The notes below the pieces were generated by a model. It ran no database searches and was not told where the DNA came from. It saw nothing but the letters and a program-made list of their open reading frames with translations. Source: Promethearchaeota archaeon (GTDB lineage: Archaea > Asgardarchaeota > Lokiarchaeia > Sigyniarchaeales > SOKP01). Taken from it: a stretch of DNA of 64,000 bases. Shown here in pieces: positions 8,966 to 17,844 of the stretch. Location: the NCBI GenBank assembly GCA_048941265.1, contig JBHLNT010000001.1, positions 1 to 64,000 of the forward strand, in the 5' to 3' direction. The number at the start of each line of letters is the position of its first letter. The stretch's first letter is position 1. Position numbers and translations under genes: made by a program.

Positions 8966-11269
8966 ATGGCACGCAAAAAGGAGAAAAAAAAAAAAGAAGT
9001 ACAACCCCCTGAAAAAGAGAAGCCTACTGTTAAAATCGAAGCCTATGATGAAGAAAAAGGCGGTGTTATCTTAAAAGATAATAATAAAGAGGGAATGATA
9101 GCATTAATTAAACTTATCGAGGAAGTGCAGGTTGAACAAGATCATGATGCAAATGTAAAAGCAATAGGCTTTAACGGTAAATTAAATGTGGAAAATCCTA
9201 GTAGCGTTGACCGTCTATGGGATATAGATATTACTCTCTCAAATATTGAGGGCACGAATTTAGAATCAGAAGAAATCAAAATTAAAGAATTGGGCATTAC
9301 AGATCAAGACAACGTGGATTCTCGTGAGTTTCAAATCGCAGGAGAAGCTAAAAATTTGCTTTTGGTAAAAGAATATATAAGCACTTTGCCTAATGCTGAT
9401 GATATTCTAAATATTAATGATATTGAAGCTGATTTATTAAGAATAAAGGAGGAAGCGAAAGGAGCTGAAGCAGAGAAATTTGAAACTGAAATTGAAGAGG
9501 AGGAGGAAGAAGAGGAAATAGAAGGAGAAGAGGAGGAAGAAGAGGAAATAGAAGAAGAAGAGGAGGAAGAAGAGGAAATAGAAGAAGAAGAGAAGGAAGG
9601 GGAAGGGGGAGAAGAAGAAGAGGAAGATGAAGAAGAAGAGGAAGATGAAGGAGAAGAGGAAGATGAAGACGAGGAACCTGATGCTGGAGTAGAAGAATAC
9701 AGTTTAGAATCTTTTGGAATTTCTATTAATACTTTGAACACTGTAACTTTTGCAATTGGTATTCATAGTCTATTCCAAAAACCGATTATCGACTTAAAAG
9801 TTATAAAAAAAATAACATCTGAATTTCAAAATATAAAGATAATCGATTTTACACAAGGAGTAGCTGAAATTGAGGGAGATCAGGTTATTTGGACAATTGA
9901 ACAAATCGACCCCGAAACTACCATACTTTTAAAATTCTCAGCAGATATTCAGGTAGATACTAAAGAACCTGTAAAAACTGGCATAATTGAAGCGTCCTAT
10001 AAAGCAGAATCTTCATTTACTGGAGAATTAGCTGTTGAAAAATTCAACGCTTATACCAATAATAAGCATTATGTTGACATGATAGAAAAAGATGAGGCTC
10101 CTGGGATTTGGGAATGTAATTTAGTTTTTAAAAATCCCTCTGAATTTTTTATTAAATTATTCGAGATCGATGTCCATGCTCCCGAAGCTCCAGAGGTTAA
10201 TATCGTTCAAATAGATGAAGAAAGTGTCCCAACGCTACCTGCTGGAGCTGAATGGCATTCAGCTATGTGGGAATATGAAAATGAAGACTATCCGGCATTT
10301 AGAAAAGAAATCAATTTTACAGTATTATCTGAATTGCAAGCGCAAGTATCTGGAACTATTGCCATTGAAGATGTGGAATTAGGTTTAGCCAGTATAACTG
10401 GAATTGTTTCATATGAAGTTCCCGGAATTCCTGCCGTAAAAGTAGCAGAAAAAGCACCTGCTGAAGTGGAAACAGTGGCAGCAGAAGAGGTTGAAATAGA
10501 AGAGAAGGGTGAAATTTTAGAAATAAGACTTCCTTCTTATACAGAAACGGATATTGAAGCTACTCTTACGGTAACTAATGATGGTTCGATCCCATTAAAT
10601 GAGGTAAAAATTAATCAAAAAGCATTCAATGATTATTTCCGGCCTCCTAATCCGGATGATCCGGAAAAACCTGATGAGATTAAATTAATTTGGGATGGGA
10701 CTGAAGTAGAATTAGACCCAGATGCTGTCATCATTGACGAGGACTCAATACAAATAAAGTTACAAAATTTAAAAGACAAGCCAACAGGAATGTTTGAGCC
10801 AGATTCCACTATAGAAGTTAAATTTCCAATTCATGCAGTAAGTCCTCCTAAAGACACAGAGTTTGAGACTGATGTTGTATATAATGCGAATACATATCCG
10901 ATTGGACAGGAACTTGAATATTTACCGCTACCTGAAGAAATTCCGAGATTAGTGGTAGTTCACATAAGGCGTAAATATCGACTTGTTAAAGAAATTATCC
11001 CTATTGGAGAATTAGGAAATTATCAAATTGTATTAAGGTATGAAAATTTAGGAGATATGCCTCTAAGAGATTTTATTCTAATTGATAAAGTCCCGGATAA
11101 TTTTGAATATAGCGACTTTAATATTCAACCAGAAATAACTGATGAAGTTGGGACAGACACTTTAAAATGGAATATAGAACTATTAGAAGAATCTGAAAAA
11201 ATGGAGATATCTTATAAAATTAAAGGCAGTAAAGAATATCATCCAAGTGATGCGCAATTAGCATTTTAA
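8966..11269 (+). CDS. Acidic cytoplasmic multi-beta-sandwich protein; N-terminal half resembles a mu-homology domain (AP mu / delta-COP C-terminus) interrupted by a poly-Glu tract
   Basis: No signal peptide. LIKLIEEVQVEQDHDANVKAIGFNGKLNVEN, FAIGIHSLFQKPIIDLKV...QGVAEIEGDQVIWTIEQI and IEASYKAESSFTG parallel MHD strand patterns. C-terminal Ig-like units (LRYENLG..LIDKVPDNF..LKWNI). The CDS is secure; the MHD call is tentative. Confidence 0.6.
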   Translation: MARKKEKKKKEVQPPEKEKPTVKIEAYDEEKGGVILKDNNKEGMIALIKLIEEVQVEQDHDANVKAIGFNGKLNVENPSSVDRLWDIDITLSNIEGTNLESEEIKIKELGITDQDNVDSREFQIAGEAKNLLLVKEYISTLPNADDILNINDIEADLLRIKEEAKGAEAEKFETEIEEEEEEEEIEGEEEEEEEIEEEEEEEEEIEEEEKEGEGGEEEEEDEEEEEDEGEEEDEDEEPDAGVEEYSLESFGISINTLNTVTFAIGIHSLFQKPIIDLKVIKKITSEFQNIKIIDFTQGVAEIEGDQVIWTIEQIDPETTILLKFSADIQVDTKEPVKTGIIEASYKAESSFTGELAVEKFNAYTNNKHYVDMIEKDEAPGIWECNLVFKNPSEFFIKLFEIDVHAPEAPEVNIVQIDEESVPTLPAGAEWHSAMWEYENEDYPAFRKEINFTVLSELQAQVSGTIAIEDVELGLASITGIVSYEVPGIPAVKVAEKAPAEVETVAAEEVEIEEKGEILEIRLPSYTETDIEATLTVTNDGSIPLNEVKINQKAFNDYFRPPNPDDPEKPDEIKLIWDGTEVELDPDAVIIDEDSIQIKLQNLKDKPTGMFEPDSTIEVKFPIHAVSPPKDTEFETDVVYNANTYPIGQELEYLPLPEEIPRLVVVHIRRKYRLVKEIIPIGELGNYQIVLRYENLGDMPLRDFILIDKVPDNFEYSDFNIQPEITDEVGTDTLKWNIELLEESEKMEISYKIKGSKEYHPSDAQLAF
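9501..9667 (+). repeat. Intragenic tandem repeats (3 x 30 bp, then 3 x 18 bp) encoding the poly-Glu/Asp tract
   Basis: aggaggaagaagaggaaatagaag(g/a)agaag x3 at 9501-9590; g(a/g)agaagaggaagatgaa x3 at 9614-9667. Confidence 0.85.
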
Positions 11270-11292
11270 ATTTTTAAATTTTTTTTTTTATT
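11270..11292 (+). terminator. Probable archaeal T-tract terminator
   Basis: A run of about 11 T shortly after the stop codon of 8966..11269. Confidence 0.4.
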
Positions 11293-11474
11293 GTAAGATT
11301 TATAAATAAAATCCCTTAATTTTAAGAAATGGATATTCTTTTTATATAATATATTTAAATATTAATGAATATTTATCAAAAAATCAGCTATATATCTAAA
11401 AACAAGTTCTTAATTCTATTTGTGAATTACACAGAAATAAATAAAAGTATATTAAACCTCTAGGAAAATATTAG

Positions 11475-13787
11475 GTGATCACAATCAATCAAACAGTAAA
11501 TTTAAAAGTATTTAAACTAAATTATTCTGGCAATTTTGACGAGGTTAAATCAGAAAATCTTTTAGATTTATTCTCAATAGTTAATGTTTTGTCAATTTAT
11601 GTACCAATGCAAAAACGTATGTATATATGGATCGGGAAAACCGCTACTCAAGGTCTTAAAAAACATATAGCTCAAACAAGAGCACTTTTCTCGACCCAGT
11701 TTCCTGAATTGAAGATATTACGTAATATTACAATTGAATCAGGTTCAGAACCTTCGGATTTTTTTCAATTTATTGGCTTCAGTTATGAAGACCTTGAAGA
11801 ACATTTAAAAAAACAAGAAGAAGCTTTAGCTCCAGTTATTAAAAAAATTAATACATTAATATCTAAGCAAAATAAGCTAATTGAATCAGAGAAGTATGCC
11901 GATGCAATTAAAATTTCGGAACAAATTATAGAATTATCGCATGAAATTAATGATACCGCACTTGAAAGTGAACATAAAGATATTATTAGTGAATTAAAAG
12001 AAAAAGCAGATTTAAAGACGGATATTGATAAAATTAAGGATGAGACCTTAGATATAAAAAATAAATTTGAAAATTTAATTGAAACAAAAATTTCTACCAA
12101 TATTATTGAAGCACATAAAATAGTAGAAAAATTTAAGCAAAAATACAAGCAAAGTTTTGATTTAAGTACAATTCCTAAGTCAAGTGAATTGATTAAAAAG
12201 GATGAAACTATATGGAGCAATTTTATCAAAGACCAACAATTTTCTACCAAAACCCTCGAAAAATTGGAAAAACAAATTAGAAAAGCGTTAAAAGAGCATA
12301 AGATATTAGAAGCAGAAGAGAGCTTAAAAAGGGCAAAGGAGCATCTATTACATATCATTGATGTTGGTATAAAAGATGAATGGAATAAAATCGAAACAGA
12401 GTTATTAGAAAAAAAAATTAAATCTGAAACTCTAGAGAAAATCGAAGAATCCATTGCAGAAAGTACTAAATTAAAAAAAAAATATGAATTTGAAGAAGCA
12501 ATAAGAAGATTAAATTCAACTATAGAACTAATACAAGATAAAGACATTTTGGAATATAGTAAAAGGTTACAAGAACTCAAAGAAGATCTTCTTGAAGCTG
12601 AAAAGAATTTTAAAAAAATTAATGAAGAAATATTAGCATTAGAAGAAAAAGTTAAGGAAAACAGAAAAAATAAACAATTTTATGCCGCTTTACTGAATAG
12701 TGAAAAAATCATAGAAAAATCTGAATCCATTAAAAAACATGATACAGTTCTAAAGTATACTTCAATTATAGAGGAATTAAAAGAACAAATCAATAAAATT
12801 GAAACAGAACAAAAACTTGAAAAGGAAAAATTATTAAAAAAAGCTAAAGAAATTGAGAAGGCAATAAAATTTGACCAAAATGTTTTACCTATAGTTGAAG
12901 AATTTTCTGTTGATGAAATTATAGGTGATCTTTCTGATGATATTGATCAAATGATGGACGAAATAGGAAAATTACTAGATGAACACCGAGTTGAAGTGAA
13001 AGAAGAAATTTCAACTAAAACCTTGATTAAAACTGCTTCAGGCGAAGCAGTTGAACTAACACAAAATACTGAAGTTCAAAAAACTCAGGAAGATGATCAA
13101 AAAGTAAAATTTAGAGTGAAATCTGGGCTGGTTAATCCTTTTGATGATGTAATTGAAGAGGCAATTATTACTGATTTAATTCCATATAACTATGAAATTA
13201 CAGAAGTGCACTTAAATGGAGAACCAGTAAAAGAATTGCCCGATAAAACTTTGACCAAACAAGGAATAGAGCTCGAGTGGAAAATCCAAAATATCCCCCC
13301 AAAGGAAGAAGTGGATATTAACTATGATTTACGTCGCAGAGTTTCTCGAACAATTATTTTTATCTTAAAAGGGCGGTTAAGTATAATTAAAACGCATGCT
13401 AGCTTAAAAATTCTTAAATTGGAAGGGTTATATGAGGCCAGCCTTCCATTTACTAATTCATTTGGTGAAATAATAAATGGAGTAATTGTTGAGGATATAA
13501 TCCCATTATATTACCTTCATTTTATCAAAGAACCTTTAAAACTATTACCCGCTGAAACATCCAGTTCAAAACTAGGGGATTTGATAAAATGGAATATAGG
13601 GACAATGGAACCTAAAACTATAAATTATCAATATCGTTTATTAGAACTTTATCGGTTGGAAGAAATTAAAATAAACATCGATATTTTAAGTAAAAGTGGA
13701 ATAGAATCATTAAATAAGGGCGATTTAACAGAAGCCTTGGAAGTATATGAGAAAATTATAAATCAATTAGAGGAATATAATAAATAA
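11475..13787 (+). CDS. Gelsolin-repeat + helical solenoid/coiled-coil + two beta-sandwich domain protein
   Basis: The N-terminal MYIWIGK...ITIESGSEPSDFFQF matches the gelsolin repeat signature. A long charged helical middle is followed by NPFDDVIEEAIITDLIPYNY..LEWKI and FTNSF..VIVEDIIP..IKWNI sandwiches similar to the end of 8966. Confidence 0.7.
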   Translation: MITINQTVNLKVFKLNYSGNFDEVKSENLLDLFSIVNVLSIYVPMQKRMYIWIGKTATQGLKKHIAQTRALFSTQFPELKILRNITIESGSEPSDFFQFIGFSYEDLEEHLKKQEEALAPVIKKINTLISKQNKLIESEKYADAIKISEQIIELSHEINDTALESEHKDIISELKEKADLKTDIDKIKDETLDIKNKFENLIETKISTNIIEAHKIVEKFKQKYKQSFDLSTIPKSSELIKKDETIWSNFIKDQQFSTKTLEKLEKQIRKALKEHKILEAEESLKRAKEHLLHIIDVGIKDEWNKIETELLEKKIKSETLEKIEESIAESTKLKKKYEFEEAIRRLNSTIELIQDKDILEYSKRLQELKEDLLEAEKNFKKINEEILALEEKVKENRKNKQFYAALLNSEKIIEKSESIKKHDTVLKYTSIIEELKEQINKIETEQKLEKEKLLKKAKEIEKAIKFDQNVLPIVEEFSVDEIIGDLSDDIDQMMDEIGKLLDEHRVEVKEEISTKTLIKTASGEAVELTQNTEVQKTQEDDQKVKFRVKSGLVNPFDDVIEEAIITDLIPYNYEITEVHLNGEPVKELPDKTLTKQGIELEWKIQNIPPKEEVDINYDLRRRVSRTIIFILKGRLSIIKTHASLKILKLEGLYEASLPFTNSFGEIINGVIVEDIIPLYYLHFIKEPLKLLPAETSSSKLGDLIKWNIGTMEPKTINYQYRLLELYRLEEIKINIDILSKSGIESLNKGDLTEALEVYEKIINQLEEYNK

Positions 13788-15758
13788 ATGAGTGAAAGAG
13801 ACAAAAAGATCAAGATTCTTGATGAAATTGATTCGATGAGAGTAGTTCAAAACAATCATTTCATGATCGGAGAATTCAAAGATGCAATAAAAGTTGCTGA
13901 AAATATAATCGACTTAGCTAAAGAGGCTAAGCTAGATTTTATTATCAAAGAACAAGAAGATTTCATTAATCAAATGAAAAAGGAAAAAGCAAAAAAGGAT
14001 AAAATTTCTCTTACGATGGAAGCGTTTGAAAAAACAAGAAAAAAGATTGAAAATTTATTAAAAAATAATGATATCGTTACAGCACATAAAGAGGTTAATA
14101 ATTTCAAGCAAAAGTATTCTAAAATTACTAATCTTTCATCCATTCCTTCGGTTCAAGAATTATTTTTAAAAGATAGAGAATTATGGATTAATTTTATGGA
14201 GGAACAAGAGAATATTAAACAGGAACTTAGTAATTTCAGTAATAAATTCCTGAAAACCTTAAAAGAGAAAGATTTCATAGGTGCTAATAAAATTTTAGAA
14301 GAAGTAACACCTTATACTAGCCGCCTTTTAGATGAAGAGATAAAAAAGAGTTGGGAATCCCATAGACAAGAATATGTGAAACAAAAAGAAAATTATGAAT
14401 TATGTGAAAAAGTTGAGAAAGCGATTAATGAAAGTTTATCCCTTAAAGAAAGTTTCATATTTGAAGAGGCTCTCTTAAAAATAGATTCCATGGGAGAATT
14501 TATTAAAGACAAGCAACTTATTCAATGTAAAAATAGATTAATGGAAACAAGACAAGAAATAGTCGCTGCGGAAATAAAGTATAATAAATTTTATCTGGAA
14601 TTAGCTAAATTTAAAGATGAATTTAGATATAATCGAGAGCACAACTTTTTATTTGCCTTATCTAGAGTTTGTGAAAAGATCATTCACATATCACAGCTTA
14701 TTGGAATGGATGAGGTGGAACAAGAGTATAAAAGTTCATTACAAAAAATTAAAAATGAAATTGAGGAACAAGAATCTAAATCTCGTTTAGAACAAGAAGA
14801 ATTAATGGAAAGATTAAAGGAAATTCAAAATTTAATAGAAATTGATGAATATGTATTACCTTTAGTAGAAAATTTTTCTATAAAAGATTTATTAGGAGAT
14901 TTATCTGAAAATATAAAAGAAAAATTGGAACAGATAAGCACATTACTTATAGAAAATCGAGTAGATATAAAAAAAGAGATAATAAATAAAGTAATATTAA
15001 AAACAAGTTCTGAAGAGATTGTTGAGAGTGTAATACCCAGAGAAATATTAATAACAGATGAAGCTGATAAAACTCTTACTTATAATGTAAGATCAGGATT
15101 AACAAATCGCTTCGAAGATATTATAGATGAAGCCATAATTACCGATATTGTTCCTTATAACTATGAAATTACTAATTTAGAATTAAATGGAGAGATTTTA
15201 GAGGAGTTTCCCAATAATATACTTAGAAAAGATGGGATTGAACTTAAATGGGAAATAAAGAATCTTAAGCCTAAAGAAAGAATTGAAATTAAATATGATT
15301 TGCATCCAAGAATTTCTCGAACGATTATCTTTTTATTAGAAAGTCAGTTAAAAATTATAAAATACCACTCTAATTTGAAAAAGCTTCGACTAGAAGGATT
15401 TTATGAAGCTAAACTTCCTTTTACAAATGGTTTTGATGTTAAATTAGATGGTGTAATCATCGAAGATGTCATACCAAATTCTTATTTGCATTTTATTCAA
15501 GAACCTAAAAAACTTTTGCCTGTTAAAATCATGGGTTTTGAATTTGGTGAATTATTCAGATGGGATATTGGAATTATGAGTGATGAGACACTAAAATTTA
15601 CTTATAAACTAATTGATAAACATCATTTTGATGATTCTAAATCTGAAATTGATAAATTAAACAATGATGGATTAGAATCATTACATAAAGGTAATATTAT
15701 AGACGCATTAGATAAGTACAAGCAGATTCGAGATGAGATTCTAAATAAAATTAAATAA
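13788..15758 (+). CDS. Helical solenoid + two beta-sandwich protein, paralog of 11475 lacking the gelsolin domain
   Basis: Abuts the previous gene (TAAATG). Shared motifs VLPxVExFS, SGLxNxFxDxIxEAIITDxxPYNYEI, RxSRTIIF and LEGxYEAxLPFTN. Confidence 0.75.
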   Translation: MSERDKKIKILDEIDSMRVVQNNHFMIGEFKDAIKVAENIIDLAKEAKLDFIIKEQEDFINQMKKEKAKKDKISLTMEAFEKTRKKIENLLKNNDIVTAHKEVNNFKQKYSKITNLSSIPSVQELFLKDRELWINFMEEQENIKQELSNFSNKFLKTLKEKDFIGANKILEEVTPYTSRLLDEEIKKSWESHRQEYVKQKENYELCEKVEKAINESLSLKESFIFEEALLKIDSMGEFIKDKQLIQCKNRLMETRQEIVAAEIKYNKFYLELAKFKDEFRYNREHNFLFALSRVCEKIIHISQLIGMDEVEQEYKSSLQKIKNEIEEQESKSRLEQEELMERLKEIQNLIEIDEYVLPLVENFSIKDLLGDLSENIKEKLEQISTLLIENRVDIKKEIINKVILKTSSEEIVESVIPREILITDEADKTLTYNVRSGLTNRFEDIIDEAIITDIVPYNYEITNLELNGEILEEFPNNILRKDGIELKWEIKNLKPKERIEIKYDLHPRISRTIIFLLESQLKIIKYHSNLKKLRLEGFYEAKLPFTNGFDVKLDGVIIEDVIPNSYLHFIQEPKKLLPVKIMGFEFGELFRWDIGIMSDETLKFTYKLIDKHHFDDSKSEIDKLNNDGLESLHKGNIIDALDKYKQIRDEILNKIK

Positions 15759-15784
15759 TTTTTAATAAAATAAATTACATTTCA

Positions 15785-17833
15785 ATGAATAACTTAATTG
15801 CCTATTTGGCATTATGGGATAAAAATTTTGGCTCAAAAATATTGGATTTTTATCCTAAAACAACTCAACCTAAATTTGACTTAGAATTTATCACGTCGAA
15901 GATTTTTTTCGCATTTCAGAATCTTAATGAGGATGAAACTACGAGCATTAAAAAGAGTTTTTTTAAGCTACCCTTCAAAGAAATTAATAAGAAAGCACTT
16001 ATATTATTAGATGTTTTGGAAAGCGAGGATAATAATGAAAATAATAAACCTTTATACATAGTAGTTTTACTTTTTCCAGATTTTATATCTAATGAAGACC
16101 TTGAAGGATTTAAGAATATTATCTCTGAGATTGCTAATGAATATCTTACAACTGAAAACATACTTTTTGATAAACATCTAAAAAAAATTGAAGAGAAATT
16201 TTTGTTAGAAGAACAAGTAAGAGATTCCGAAGTTTCATTAGAAGAAAATTATTCATTAAATAAAGCTCTTTTAGATTTTAAAAATGGAATTGAACTCTTT
16301 TCAAAAAAAAAATATGATCAAGCCTATTTTTTAATAAAAAAGGCCTATTTAAAATTTTACGATGAAAATCAAACAAAACTAATTCTAGAAACTACATTCT
16401 ACATTTCTTCACTTTTGTCTCAATTGAATAAATTCGACGTAGCACTTATTTATATTGAAAATTTAGAAAATTTAGCCTACCAATTAAAACATGAGAAATA
16501 TTATGAAACAGCGCTGTTTCTAGGCGGATTTGTTTATTATAAAAAGGAAGATTATGAGAATGCGCTAAAAAAATTTAAGAAATTGGAATCAATTAACCCT
16601 CAGAGTATTAATAAATTTAATTTTTTCTTTTTTTACGGTAGAATTTTAAGAATATTAAAAATAAACTCTGATGCGGTCACATATTTACAAAGAGCCCTAG
16701 AAGAAAGTAAATATCTAAAAGTCTCAAATGAATTAAAAAATAAGATGGCGCAAGTTTTAGTTGAATTAGGTCATCTTAATTACACTAATGCATTAAATAT
16801 CTTAATATCCGGTAAATCAAACCATTCATTATATAAATCAACTTTACTTAAATCTATTGAATATTATGAAGATACAATTAGTATTTTGCATGAAATCGAA
16901 AATTACTCTGGTCTTATCTCAGTTTATAGATTAATTGGAAACATTTATGAATTAATTGAAGAGAATTCGCTTTCAATTAAAAATTACCGAAAAGCATTAA
17001 ATTTTGCTGAACAAATTAATGATATTGCTAATAGGTTACAAATATTTAACCTTATTATTCAAAAATTATCAATTTTAGGAAAGTATGACTTAATCATAAA
17101 AGAAACTGATCAAATGTTATCCAAAATTGTTACATATGCATATTTAGATCTTTTTACTATAAGTAATTTCCATCGATATCTTGGAGAAGCCTTGTTTAAA
17201 TTAGGGAAAAACAAATCTGATGCATTGTCAGAACTTCTAATATCATTGAATATTTACAATACTTTTGATAAACCCGTGAGTGAAAGTTTAGATATCCTAC
17301 AAATGATAATAAAGATCTATGAAGACTCCAATAATAAGGAAAAGAAAAAATATATTCAATATTATTCGGACCAATATAATCAAATAAAGACAAAAATTCA
17401 CCAATTGAAAGCAGAAGAGGAAAAGGGTGTTTTCATTTTATTAAAAGAAGTTAAAGAATTTTGGATTTTTACTAGTGATGGGAAACAGCTTTATTCCTAT
17501 GCTCCAGAAACTAATTACAATCCAGAATTATTTGGTGGCTTCTTATCCGCACTACAAAATTTCAGTCTTGAATTGGCGTCAAAAAATTTAAAATCTATAA
17601 CGATTGGGTTAGATCAATATGTAATATACAGGCAAAAACATCCTTTTTATGTATTAGGTCGCTCAAGTCATAAAACATCACTATATAATATTGAAATGAT
17701 TCTTAAAATTATTTATGAGGAATTTTGGAAAAATTATCAGAAGGTTTTAGAAGATCATGACGTAAATATAAGTTATTTTTCTCAATTCATTGAAATTTTT
17801 AAGGAATTGAATTATAAAGATGAATTTTCTTGA
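15785..17833 (+). CDS. uDENN-type longin + TPR + longin domain protein
   Basis: N-terminal YLALWDKNFGSKILDFYP (uDENN/NPR2-like start), central TPR-like helices, C-terminal EFWIFTSDGKQLYSY...LFGGFLSALQNFSLEL longin signature. Confidence 0.7.
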   Translation: MNNLIAYLALWDKNFGSKILDFYPKTTQPKFDLEFITSKIFFAFQNLNEDETTSIKKSFFKLPFKEINKKALILLDVLESEDNNENNKPLYIVVLLFPDFISNEDLEGFKNIISEIANEYLTTENILFDKHLKKIEEKFLLEEQVRDSEVSLEENYSLNKALLDFKNGIELFSKKKYDQAYFLIKKAYLKFYDENQTKLILETTFYISSLLSQLNKFDVALIYIENLENLAYQLKHEKYYETALFLGGFVYYKKEDYENALKKFKKLESINPQSINKFNFFFFYGRILRILKINSDAVTYLQRALEESKYLKVSNELKNKMAQVLVELGHLNYTNALNILISGKSNHSLYKSTLLKSIEYYEDTISILHEIENYSGLISVYRLIGNIYELIEENSLSIKNYRKALNFAEQINDIANRLQIFNLIIQKLSILGKYDLIIKETDQMLSKIVTYAYLDLFTISNFHRYLGEALFKLGKNKSDALSELLISLNIYNTFDKPVSESLDILQMIIKIYEDSNNKEKKKYIQYYSDQYNQIKTKIHQLKAEEEKGVFILLKEVKEFWIFTSDGKQLYSYAPETNYNPELFGGFLSALQNFSLELASKNLKSITIGLDQYVIYRQKHPFYVLGRSSHKTSLYNIEMILKIIYEEFWKNYQKVLEDHDVNISYFSQFIEIFKELNYKDEFS

Positions 17834-17844
17834 GATTTTGAGAA

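Noticed and set aside
9501-9667. Possible CRISPR array
   Set aside because: The repeats are contiguous with no spacers, are in-frame coding sequence, and there are no cas genes.
9331-9741. Poly-Ser ORF on the minus strand
   Set aside because: It is the antisense shadow of the GAA/GAG poly-Glu tract of 8966..11269.
11783-12580. 265-aa minus-strand ORF
   Set aside because: It lies wholly antisense to a Lys/Glu-rich gene that has a clear paralog; the Ser/Phe/Leu-rich composition is typical of shadow ORFs.
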